Origin: Octopus sinensis
Lineage: Eukaryota
Assembly (NCBI RefSeq): GCF_006345805.1
Contig: NC_043014.1
Span: 6,634,001-6,698,000 of the forward strand
Direction: 5' to 3'
Length of the DNA: 64,000 bases
Position numbers and translations under genes: made by a program. How positions within the stretch are numbered: the first letter of the stretch is position 1; every line of letters starts with the position of its first letter. This document shows, one piece after another, positions 1 to 12,694 of this stretch. The notes under the pieces are model-generated. The model searched no databases and had not been told where the DNA came from. It saw only the letters and a list, made by a program, of their open reading frames with translations.

Positions 1-965
1 GGCCGTGACTGCTGAGGATATGCGTAAGCTCGCTAGAAATGAAGCCAGTATGCTCCGATGGATGTGTAATGCTGGTACTCACACTCGGCAGAGTGTAAGT
101 ACCTTGAGAGAAAAGCTGGACCTAAGAAGCATCAGTTGTGGTGTACAAGAGAGACGTTTGCGCTGGTATGGTCATGTGGCGAGAATGGATGAAGATAGTT
201 GTGTGAAAAAGTGCCACACCCTAGCGGTTGAGGGAACCTGTGGAAGAGGCAGACCCAGGAAAACCTGGGACGAGGTGGTGAAGCACGACCTTCGAACTTT
301 AGGTCTCACTGAGGAAATGACTAGAGACCGAGACCTCTGGAAGTGTGCTGTGCGCGAGAAGACCCGGCAGGACAAGTGAGTCCACAACCCGTGGCCTTCT
401 ACATGGGATGGAGCCAGCCTACGTATGCATACCTTCCCTTCTTGGGACACAAAACTCTACTTGTGAAGACGTGTTGAGGCAAGTGAGGATCAGAATCGAA
501 ATCAATCAATGGAAATTGCGGATGTGCTACCAGTGCCGGTGGCATGTCGAAACTCTCTGCTTGTGAAGACCCATTGAGGCAAGTGAGGATCATCGAAATC
601 GATCAATGGAAATTGCAGATGTGTTACCAGTGCCGGTGGCATGTAAGAGAACTTTCCGTTTCGCGACCGTTGCCAGCACCGCCCCGTTTCGTGTCCGTTG
701 CCAGCCTCGTCTGGCCCTCGTGCCGGTGGCACATAAAAGCACCATCCGTTCGTGGCCGTTTGCCAGCTCTGTCTGGCACCAGTGCAGGTGGCACGTAAAA
801 AGCACCCACTACACTCACGGAGTGGTTGGCGTTAGGAAGGGCATCCAGCTGTAGAAACACTGCCAGATTTGACTGGGCCTGATGAAGCCTTCTGGCTTCA
901 CAGACCCCAGTAGAACCGTCCAACCCATGCTAGCATGGAAAACGGACGCTAAATGATGATGATGA
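1..965 (+). mobile_element. RTE-clade LINE 3' end (RT C-terminus, 3' UTR with VNTR, (ATG)n tail)
   Basis: ORF 5-379 RRLRWYGHVARM...RGRPRKTW...DRDLW is typical of the RTE C-terminus; the element ends ggaaaacggacgctaaa(tga)n. Confidence 0.88.
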
Positions 966-1289
966 TACATGTGTGTGTGTATCTTTATGTCTGTGTTTGC
1001 CCCCTACCACTGCTTGACAGCTGGTGTTTATGTGTTTACATTCCCCGTAACTTAGCGGTCTGGTAAAAGAGGCCAATAGAATAAATACCAATCTTAAAAA
1101 TATAAGTACTGGAGTCATTTTGTTCGACTAAAAATTCTTCAAGACCCCAGCATGGCCGCAGTTTAATGACTGAAACAAGTAGAAGATACAAGATAAGCCT
1201 TCACTGAGAAAGACAACCGTAACTTCAATAATCTTCCCACAGAAGCGCCTAAGATAACAACTGTTTTCCCGAAAATGAAAGTAAAATTA

Positions 1290-1563
1290 AGAGAACCATC
1301 CGAACGTGTCCGTTGCCAGCCTTGCCTGGCCTCTGTGCCGGTGGCACGTAAAATCACCATCCAATCGTGGCCGTTTGCCAGCCTCGTCTGGCACCCACAA
1401 CACTCTTGCAGCGGTTGGCGTTAGGAAGGGCATCCAGCCGTAGAAACATTGCCAGCTCAGACTGGCCTGGTGCAGCCTTCTGGCTTCCCAGACCCCAGTT
1501 GAACCGTCCAACCCATGCTAGCATGGAAAGCAGACGCTAAATGATAATAATGACGATGATGAT
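1290..1563 (+). mobile_element. RTE 3' UTR fragment
   Basis: Same ggttggcgttaggaagggcatccag...ccatgctagcatggaaa...(tga)n tail as 820-965. Confidence 0.8.
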
Positions 1564-1639
1564 ATTTTTTCCTTTTTTTCGAATATTCTTTGTACTTAAA
1601 TTGAATATTGTTGACATCATATAATGTTTAAATTTAATA

Positions 1640-2034
1640 TCTTTATATATAAAAGTAAGGTTGTGTGTCTGTCTACTCCGATTTAGATTCCTAACTACTC
1701 CCACATTTTGCGGTGCAGTTTAGCCAAAACCGGGTATCTTATAGTCATGATTCATATCGAGCCCTTCTGGGTATTAGTGCGCGTCTACGATGAGTCTACG
1801 ATTTTAAAAATAATTTACCATAATTTTTTTCCATTTTAATGCATATTTTTTAAATATAAGGGAAGTAACTCTCTAAAAATGTCTATGATGAGTCAACGAT
1901 TAAAAAAAAAATTTACCATCATATTTTTTCCATTTTTAATGCATTTTTTTGCTATTTTTTGGCTATAACTCTCTAAAAATGCTTATATAGTTATTTCCCT
2001 TACAAACCCGAGCAACGCCAGGCGATACTGCTAG
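1640..2034 (+). mobile_element. Non-autonomous Helitron
   Basis: A|TC 5' end, subterminal hairpin cccgagcaacgccaggc, CTAG|T 3' end, no target-site duplication. Confidence 0.8.
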
Positions 2035-2251
2035 TATTTTATAATAAAGGTAGTATTTTGAATAGAGAAACAATAATGGTTTAAGATTTTGCCATTTTGT
2101 CACCAATAAAATGATTGGTTTCGAACTAATAAATAAGTAAAATAAAAGTTTAATGAAAAGGATTTAATCAGTTTAGTCACTGCTGAAGACTTTGTCTTGG
2201 TGTAGTACGGTGAATGATTAAAAAAAATTGAATAGAATCTATATATTTTAA

Positions 2252-2833
2252 CCCTTTAGTGTTTAAACTGGCCAAATCCGGCCCAATATATTCTACACTA
2301 GCAGTATCGCCCGGCGTTGCTCCGGTTTGTAAGGGAAATAACTATAAAGCATTTTCAGAGAGTTATAGCCAAAAAATGGCAAAAAAATTATGGTAAATTT
2401 TTTTTTAGTTAAAAAGGTCGAGTTGCGTCCCCTAGACAGTCTGTGATTTGTGTTTCTGATTCTCGACCCCATGTCGAATTTATCGATTTTTTTCAGAACT
2501 GGGGGAACTTTTCAAAATTTTCGCTGCGTTAGTTTTGAATTATGACATTGGGCTATGTGTGTGTCAAGTTTCATCAGAATCGGTTGAAAGCCGTGGTCAG
2601 GGTGAGGGTACAACCTAACAGACACACAGACACGCAGACAGACAAACTGCCATTTATATAGAGAGAGATATTTTATAATCAAACTGGCCCCTCAAACCTA
2701 ACCTACATTGACATTCAAAAAATAAATATTCACATCATTGAAACCTCAAAGCTATGAGATAATGCATGATTAATTCAAAACAATTTGAGTGAAAAAGTAT
2801 TACATTTAACAGAGTAATCTGAACACTAAAGGG
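2252..2833. mobile_element. piggyBac-type MITE with a nested Helitron (2298-2668, minus)
   Basis: TTAA target-site duplication (2248-2251, 2834-2837); inverted termini ccctttagtgtt / aacactaaaggg; nested element has TC...CTAG ends. Confidence 0.72.
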
Positions 2834-2847
2834 TTAAACAAGCTTAC

Positions 2848-2926
2848 CAGCCATAAGAAAACGTTCTACAGCCGCCTGGAAATTTTCCACTTGCTTAGAG
2901 CTGTTGCTTTGTAATCCAGAGTGAAT
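2848..2926 (-). CDS. Formin-like gene exon (FH2): [26 protein letters not shown]
   Basis: tcttcacag| acceptor, GCTG|gtaagc donor, 79 nt, phase 0-1; aligns with SSKEHxQPFKExMExF. Remaining exons were not found in the window. Confidence 0.78.
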
Positions 2927-5900
2927 CTGTGAAGAGAGAAACAAGAAGGGTTTATATTCATGAGTTCAAGGGTAATTTTGATGTTCTTTGAGACCCATCA
3001 TCCCCCATGTTAAACGTTGAAATTGAAACCGTTGCTGTTCGAGTTGAAATTTTATAAACCAATTACTGGAGAGGAAGACCCATATGGGATGGATATAAGT
3101 GAATGTGTCAAGAGGGGCTAAATTGATGAAATATGTCGTAATTAGTTCAAAGGATAGTTCATGAAAGAATTCTGGAAATTAAATTGCAATGAAGAAAAGG
3201 GAAGTTTCAAGCCTTTGTCATTTATTCGAGAGAGAGAGAGAAGAAAGAAAGAAAGCGGTATTGTTTTGGTTATAGGCTTTCTCTTCCAGAGAGACAGAGA
3301 CACAGACACAGAGAGGGAGAGGGAGAGAGAGAGAGACAGATAGACAGAGACAGAGAGAGAAACAGACAGAGACACAGGGAAAGAGAGAAAAAGAGAGAGA
3401 GGGAGAGGGAGAGAAGGAAAGAGAGTAAGACAGACGGACAGACAGGCAGACAGACAGACAGATAGACAGAAAGATAGATAGACAGACAGATAGATAGATA
3501 GATAGACAGACATACAGAAAGATAGACAGACAGACAGACAGATAGATAGATAGACATATAGATAGACAGACATACGAAAGATAGATAGATAGATAGACAG
3601 ACGGACAGACAGACATACAGATAGATAGATAGATAGACAGACAGAGACAGAAATAGAGAGAGAGAGAGAGAGAACTAGGCATAGGTAGGAATTATTTGGT
3701 AAGGATAATGGAAGGAAATATCTTAAGAATGCAACGCTTTGCGGGAACTGGAGCTAACATGATGATAATCTTCAAGTGAGAGATGCTTTCGTTGTATGAT
3801 GTCCCTTGTACACGGTGAACAGGACATTAAGAAACATGCATTCATATTGGTCAACAGATTGTTGATGGTTTATTGTCAGTCACATGAATATGCAAAGTAG
3901 ATACGCTTCGGACACGTTCTAATTGCACTGTAAGCAGACTCTCTGTAAAAACACATATTGGGTACAATCTGGGTAGTTTGTAGCATATTGACGAACAACG
4001 TGGATGCAGTAACATTTTAGAAACGAATGGGACCCGTGTCTGAACGTGTCAAAGTGCTGTCATCTGCCTGTTGGCTCTCCTCCTGCAACTCAACTTGATT
4101 TCGAGCCGGGTCGTCAGCTGCTGGAGAGGACCGATCAGGTAAAGGACCTGGGTATCTTGGTGGATTCCTCCTTTTCGCCTTCGGCCCAGTGCGTCCATGT
4201 TGCCAACAGCACGCGGAGTTCTGTTCTTGATTCGACGGTCATTCGGAATGCTCACAGCAGCCATATTCCTACCGCTCTATGTCACGCTGGTGAGACCCAT
4301 ATTGGAGTACGGGATTCAAGCCTCTTCTCCTTATCTCTTCAAAGACATACATCATCTCGAAAGAGTCCAGAAGCTGGCTACCCGCATGGTTCTTGGTCTC
4401 AAGCATTTGTCTTATAAAGAAAGGCTGAAGACGCTCGACCTTTATTGTCTAGAAAAACGATGCCGTTGTGATCTCATTCTTGCTCACAACATCATAAGCG
4501 GAAAGTGTAACCTCTCGAAAGAGCTGTTCTTCACTCCTGCTCCAGAGCGTCGGCTGCGGGGTCATTCCGAAAAGCTCTATCTGCGATGATTTCATCTCAA
4601 TCGAAGGAGAGGGGCTTTCTCCGTCCGGGTTGCGGATCCGTGGAATAAGCTGCCGGACGAGATAGTGAAGATGCCGACGACCGCTTGGTTCAAAGTCTCC
4701 CTTGACCACAAAAGGCCTGAACTCTTTACATGAACACCACCCTGCACATAACTCCATGTCCCCCTACATGGCCTTGCTTTTTGCTTTTTGAGCCAAAAAA
4801 TTAACTAACTAACTAACTAAGATGCTACGTAGATGCATTGTAAGTATAAGGTAACGAGTAATTAGAATGGAGAGAAAGACACATACCTTGTTGCGCATGT
4901 TAATGAGTTCGTTTTTCCATGAATAAAGACTTTTTGTCATATCATCGAAAGATACCTGAAGGCAGAAAACACATACATACAAATATAGAAACAATAAAAA
5001 CATACACACATACATGCAAATACGCACACTAAATGCACATAGTATGCACGCTACTCGAAAAAAGGCCGACAGAAATTTCTAAAAAATTCCATTATTGCCA
5101 TATTGGACTGATTTCAGGGTTAGTTCAAAAAGAACCCTCCTTTCGTCAGTGATGCCCATTCAAGACACGTGCGATTTTTAGCATATTTGGCATTAGAAAT
5201 TTTTTCGTTTGCCCTATAGATAGATAGTGCCACATAAAAAGCACTGGTCCTGGGGCCACATAAAAAGCACTGGTCCTGGGGCTACATAAAAAGTCACTGT
5301 TGTTGGTGCCACGTAAACGTATCCAGTACTCTGTAAAGTGGTTGGCGTTAGGAAGGGCATCTCGCTGTAGAAGCCAAGCCAAAACAGACTAAGGACCCTG
5401 GTGTGGTCCCTGGCCTTACCAGCTTTTGTCAAGCCGTCCACCACCGTCATCATCATCATCATCATCATCATTACCATCTTCATTGAATGTCCAGCATGGA
5501 AAACGGACGTTAAATGATGATGATGATGATGATGATAATGAACAGAATGGATATGAGGGTAGGAACTTACCTGAGATGCCTGCCGAAGCATAGCTGGGTT
5601 GGGAAATGGAAATGCTTTCATTGAATAGAAATCAGGTGTGTTTTCGTACGTCTGGCAGTAGACCATTATTATGTGTTCTAATAAATTTCTTTTGTTAAAC
5701 TGCAGAAAAAGAAAAAAACAGACCAAAATAAGTAGTATTTAGTTTTATTAGTATAAAGAGTATGGTTGTTTTCCAAACAATTCATTTAAATATTATATTT
5801 AAATCAACAACTTGTGGCTGTGTGGTAAGTAGCTTGCTAACCAACCACATGGTTCCAGGTTCAGTCCCACTGCGTGGCATCTTGGGAAAGTGTCTTCTGC

Positions 5901-6722
5901 TATAGCCCCGGGCCGACCAATGCCTTGTGAGTGGATTTGGTAGACGGAAACTGAAAGAAGCCTGTCGTATATATGTATATATATATATGTATGTGTGTGT
6001 GTGTGTGTGTGTCTGTGTTTGTCCCCCTAGCATTGCTTGACAACCGATGCTGGTGTGTTTACGTCCCCGTAACTTAGCGGTTCGGCAAAAGAGACCGAAA
6101 GAATAAGTACTGGGCTTACAAAGAATAAGTCCCGGGGTCGATTTGCTCGACTAAAGGCGGTGCTCCAGCATGGCCGCAGTCAAATGACTGAAACAAGTAA
6201 AAGAGTAAAGAGTATATCATAATATATATTTTATAAATTGAGTATTGGGGGTCTGTGGTGGTTGATTTTTATACTTAGTTGTAACTCAGGGTAAATATAC
6301 TAATTTCTTTTTTTGGTATGTATGTAGTATATAAATATTATTTAAATATCATAGAAATAATTAGAGATCTTAATAATATTTAAATCCGGCTATAACTTGG
6401 ATAAGTTTCCAATGAGAAATTCCTCATTTTTGATCCAATTGTCTTTAAAAGCGAAAGTGGGAACTTTTTTTATGGTGTTGTTACATAAATTTGTTGCTTT
6501 TCTTTTGTTTGTTTACTCTTTTACTTGATTCAGTCATTTGACTGCGGCCATGCTGGAGCACCGCCTTTAGTCGAGCGAATCGACCCCCGGGACTTATTCT
6601 TTGTAAGCCCAGTACTTATTCTATCGGTCTCTTTTGCTGAACCGCTAAGTGACGGGGACGTATACACACCAGCATCGGTTGTCAAGCAATGCTAGGGGAA
6701 CAAACACACATACACACATATA

Positions 6723-6764
<42 letters not shown>

Positions 6765-9700
6765 CGACAGGCTTCTTTCAGTTTCCATCTACCAAATCCA
6801 CTCACAAGGCATTGGTCGGCCCGGGGCTATAGCAGAAGACACTTGCCCAAGATGCCACGCAGTGGGACTGAACCCGGAACCATGTGGTTGGTTAGCAAGC
6901 TACTTACCACACAGCCACTCCTGCGCCTATGTATATATATACACACATATATTCCACAGGCTTCTTTCAGTTTCCGTCTACCAAATCCACTCACAAGGCA
7001 CTGGTTGGCCCGGGGCTATAGCAGAAGACACTTGCCCAAGATGCCACGCAGTGGGACTGAACCCGGAACCATGTGGTTGGTTAGCAAGCTACTTACCACA
7101 CAGCCACTCCTGCGCCTATGTTTGTTTGTTTTTTTTGTTGATTTTGTTTTGTTTCTTTTTTTCTTACTTGGTATTCTATCATCATTGAAAAGGGGTAGAA
7201 ATTTATCCAAATTTCAAAAACGATAAACAGAACGATAAAAGAAAACAATTAAGCAAAATTAAAGAAATAAAGAAATATTTTTCGCGTTAATTCAAATAAC
7301 ATCAGAAAGGATTAAGATGTGTGGGGAAAAAAAAATACGAATGAATTTATCTGACAACCCAACATCAGTCAATTAAAAGATGTGTACGCCAAATTCACAC
7401 AGATGGGAGACGATGCACGTTTTATTTGCATAAAGATGGAATCACAATTTAATCACAAAGAAAAAAAAAACGGAGTGGCTGTGTGGTAAGTAGCTTGCTT
7501 ACCAACCACATGGTTCCGGGTTCAGTCCCACTGCGTGGCACCTTGGGCAAGTGTCTTCTACTATAGCCCCGGGCCGACCAATGCCTTGTGCGTAGATTTG
7601 GTAGACGGAAACTGAAAGAAGCTCATCGTATATATGTATATATATATATGTGCGTGTGTGTTTGTGTGTCTGTGTTTGTCCCCCTAGCATTGCTTGACAA
7701 CCGATGCGGGTGTGTTTATGTCCCCGTCACTTAGCGGTTCGGCAAAAGAGACCGATAGAATAAGTACTGGGCTTACAAAGAATAAGTCCCGGGGTCGAGT
7801 TGCTCGATCAAAGGTGGTGCTGCAGCATGGCCGCGGTCAAATGACTGAAAACAAGTAAAAAAAAAAAAAAAGATTAAACAGCAGACGGAGATGTGGGGGC
7901 AAGACACTCCAGAACAAATGGCCATCGTACATAGGCAACTCGCTGGGCCTCTGTAAAATAATCTTACTCGGACCAAAGTCTTGTTGAAGAGGTTTCCAGA
8001 TGCGGATTTAATGGCTTCATGAGACACGAAAGGAATTAGAAAGTCTAACCGATCCCCTTATAAGAAATACATACGCTAGTTTGGTTACTCGTGAAATGAT
8101 GAGGTTTGATTGATCGCCGACATAAATATCTTCACCTCTCGCCTGGCCCCCGTACCGGTGACACGTAAAAGCACCATCCGTTCATGGCCGTTTGCCAGCT
8201 CTGTCTGACACCTGTGCAGGTGGCACGTAAAAAGCACCCACTACACTCACGGAGTGGTTGGCGTTAGGAAGGGCATCCAGCTGTAGAAACATTGCCAGAT
8301 AAGACTGGAGCCTGGTGCAGCCTCCTGGCTTCCCAGACCCCAGTTGAACCGTCCAACCCATGCTAGCATGGAAAACGGACGCTAAATGATGATGATGATG
8401 ATGATGATGATATTGAATTCTTGCTTCGTAAAGTTTTGCTGTAGAATTTTGCTTCCGTCATGGAAGTGTCATACGTCGCTAAAATATTTGGCGAGGTGTC
8501 AGCTGGAATATATTTGGCGAAGAAAGTTTGGTGGTTCGTGTAAGTACGAATTTGCATAAGTTATCCAATAAGTATTTAGAATAAACTTCTTATGGAAACA
8601 CGTGTAGGGATACCCTGAAATTTCAATTCATTTTATTCTTATTTACTCTGTGTGTGTGTGTATGTGTGTGTGTCTGTGTGTGTGTGTGTGTGTGTTTCCC
8701 CCCACACCACCGCTTGATAACCGGTGTTGATGGCGGCGAGCTGGCAGAAACGTTAGTGCGCCGGGCGAAATGCGTAGCCGTTTTTCGTCTGTCGTTATGT
8801 TCCGAGTTCAAATTCCGCCGAGGTCGACTTTGCCTTTCATCTTCTCGAGGTTGATTAAATAAGTACCAGTTACGCACTGGGGTCGATATAATCGACTTAA
8901 TCCGTTTGTCAGTCCTTGTTTGTCCCCTCTATGTTTAGCCCCTTGTGGGTAGTAAAGAAATAGGTGTAGATTTGTTTACATGCTCGTAACTTAGTGGTTC
9001 GGTAAATGGCCCCGATAAAAAAAATGTACCTGGCTACTAATTAATAAGAACAAGAAGGGATTTCTTCAGCTAAACACTTTAAGACGGTTACTCCAGCATG
9101 GCCGCAGTCCAATGACTGAAACAAGTAAATAAGTAAATGACAAAAGATAAATGATAAAAGATGAAAGGTCTTTTATTTCTGACTTACTTTTGCGAAAATG
9201 TCTTTGAGATTTGGAAGAATGTCTAACAGGAAGCCGTTTGCTTGACCGAGACAAGAACCTCGGTTGAGATAGTTTCCAACGCTTACAATGGCACTCAGAA
9301 GATTCTTCAATGGTAAACTGAAACAGACAATGGGAATAGACGAATGGTTAATACAAATGCAAGAATAAACAGCTCCAAGAATTTCAGTAACATTTCTAAA
9401 ATAAACAAGAATTTTGAAAGATCTACTGAAATCACTCAAACGCATTTTATTTACTGGTAGGTTTTTTGTTGGGGTTTGGGTTGTCTTCTGCTATAGCCTC
9501 GGGCCGACCAAAGTCTTGTGAGTGGATTTGGTAGATGAAAACTGAAAGAAGCCTGTCGTATATATGTATATATCTGTGTGTGTGTCTGTGTTTGTCCTCC
9601 CAACATCGCTTGACAACTGATGTTGATGTGTTTACATCCCCGTAACTTAGCGGTTCCGCAAAAGAGTCCGATAGAATAAGTACTCGGCTTACAAAGAATA

Positions 9701-11325
9701 TGTCCTGGGGTTGATTTGCTTGACTAAAGGCGGTGCTCCAGCATGGCCGCAGTCAAATGACTAAAACAAGTAAAAGAATAAACGAGTAATTGAAACTGAT
9801 TAAATATTTTGTTGTCCCTGTACATACATACTCCTAGCTAGACTTATCCTATGAAAGTTTAGTGTTTTCGACCACGGACACAATGCGTTGATTGGTGGAG
9901 CATGCGAATTGTTGGTCCCTTGGTCCGTTCGTGGGTACCGAACTCTGTGAGACATACTAATTGTAAGTCCACTGGATATTACTGTCCCGAGACTGAGGAC
10001 TCATAGGTCCGGTTACCTGATTTCAAAGATGCATAAGTAAACAAGATCACAACATACCCGCTAAACGAGGCACCCGTCCGTCGCAGGGGACAACCATTTA
10101 GAGCTGAGTGGAACGGGACTGTAGCAATGTGAAACGAAATGTTTTGCTCACGAACAGGCGCAGGAGTGGCTGTGTGGTAAGTAGCTTGCTAACCAACCAC
10201 ATGGTTCCGGGTTCAGTCCCACTGCACGGCATCTTGGGCAAGTGTCTTCTGCTATAGCCCCGGGTCGACCAATGCCTTGTGAATGAATTTGGTAGACGGA
10301 AACTGAAAGAAGCCTGTCGTATATATGTATATATTTGTGTGTGTGTGTGTGTTTGTGTGTCTGTGTTTGTCCCCCTAGCATTGCTTGACAACCGATGCTG
10401 GTGTGTTTACGTCCCCGTCACTTAGCGGTTCGGCAAAAGAGGCCGATAGAATAAGTACTGGGCTTACAAAGAATAAGTCCCGGGGTCGATTTGCTCGACT
10501 AAAGGCGGTGCTCCAGCATGGCCGCAGTCAAATGACTGAAACAAGTAGAAGAAAAAAAAAGAAAGAAAAAGAACACGACTTTGTGGGTCGAAACCACGAT
10601 TCTGCAACCGTGAACGCGACGCTCTAACCACTAGACCGCGCGCAGTCACCAAGCAAATACCCTCTCTTTAGAAATGAGACAGTTCTTATAGTTTCTCAAT
10701 CGTTTTCTTTAAATATAGACCAAAAACGGTTTAGAAGAAATGTTATTTAGTCTCATACCTGTTGTATAATTCATCACATGCTGCGTGGACGGCTCGCAGG
10801 CGTTGGTCTGGAAAAGAAAGGATCAATCGTAAAATAGTCGAATGTGATTGATATAATAATTTGTTTTTAATTGAGGAACACGAACAACACCTTTGAGGAC
10901 AAGCGATGAATCAATATAATCGACCCTGGGATATGACTGGTAGTATATTTTAGCGACGTCGAAAGGATAAATAGCAATGATGATCAGGGTGGGATTTGAA
11001 CCTGAAGAGACGGAGTGACATGAGTATTTTTGCTCTAAGTACTGATGATTTCGCAAACTCGCCGCCTTATTGTTGACAAACCCATGCATGGTAACACACA
11101 CACACACACACACAAACACATATATACCCACACAAATGTATATTGACATGCATGCAGACACATATACATACACATACATACATACATACACACAAAAATA
11201 CCCTGTTGTTGATGTTGAAATTCCAGTGAAGGAACCTTGGATCTAGGTTAGAAACCGGTTCTTTCTCAATTGGCAAGAAATCTTGAAATAAACTGAATAA
11301 TGACATACATACATACATACATACA

Positions 11326-11359
<34 letters not shown>

Positions 11360-11862
11360 CATAGATATACATACATACACACACATACATACATACATAC
11401 ATAAATACATACATACATCATCATCATCGTTTAACGTCCGTTTTCCGAGCTAGCACGGGTTGGACGGTTCGACCGGGGGTCTGGTAATCCAGGACGCTGC
11501 ACCAGGCTCCAGTCTGATCTGGCAGTGTTTCTACAGCTGGATGCCCTTCCTAACGCCAACCATTCCGCGAGTGTAGTGGGTGCTTTTTATGTGCCACCTG
11601 CACAGGTGCCAAGGGGGTCTAGCATCGGCCACGATCGGTTGGTGCTTTTAACGTGCCACCGGCACGGAAGCCAGCCAAGGCGGCGCTGGCATCGGCCACG
11701 TTCAGATGGTGCTTTTTATGTTCCACTGGCACAGAAGCCATACATACATACATACATACATACATAAATACATAGATATACATACATACATAAATACATA
11801 GATATACATACATATATACATACATACATAAATACATACATACATAAATACATAGATATACA

Positions 11863-11896
<34 letters not shown>

Positions 11897-12354
11897 CATA
11901 CATACATAGATATACATACATACATACGTACATACACACTTACAAACATATACAGATGCATGAACGGTGGAGATCCTATAAGAAAACAATAATTGTAAAT
12001 AACTATAACAACAATAACAACAACAACAACAGTAACAGTGAGTCGTGAAGGCCACATACGAACCTGTTTCAAACATTTCTGCCAGTAGTCTTAGCTTGAA
12101 GCGAAGAAAGTCTAACCGTTCCCGTAACAATTCCATACTTGAAAGTTCCGACATGAGGTAATCCGAGCAGTTGATTGGTGCTGAAATAAATAGCATTGTT
12201 TTAAAGTTATCTCTGTGGATATTCTGTAGAATTTAGAGCCTGCACAGAAAGTTACGATGGTTCGTATGCGAATATCTCTCAATGTAAACAATGCGATCGA
12301 AGATAGAAAAATTAGATAATGAGTGTATATGAATATTTCACGAGTATACATGTA

Positions 12355-12395
<41 letters not shown>

Positions 12396-12650
12396 ATGTG
12401 TGTGTGTGTGTTTGTTTGTATTTATGCATAAGTATATATATATATATATGTGACCTCGTGAGTACCACCGGTGATTTTTTTTCCCTCTGTCTTCCCTTCT
12501 CGGGATCTTTCCTTCTCCTATGTTTCCAACAAAGAGCTCCACTCGAAACGTTAAACCCTCCTTCTTTCCTTCTTTCCTGAGCGTCCAATAATACTATATT
12601 TGTTCCACGTCCTCGCGTTGTTGTGTTTTTTTGTTTTCTTGTTTGGATTA

Positions 12651-12694
<44 letters not shown>

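Noticed and set aside
1-2847. Final FH2 / C-terminal exons of the formin-like gene
   Set aside because: No convincing phase-1 exon found; the region is mostly RTE, Helitron and piggyBac sequence, so the gene probably continues beyond the window edge.
6843-7226. Recurring ORFs [22 protein letters not shown] / MLGGQTQTH as a peptide family
   Set aside because: Translations of SINE family A copies on either strand; frames and stops vary between copies.
7860-8030. Extra formin exon candidate (ttttacag|AGGCCCAGC...)
   Set aside because: No good donor and no FH2 similarity; exons 9317-9188 and 5699-5571 already join without a gap in the alignment.
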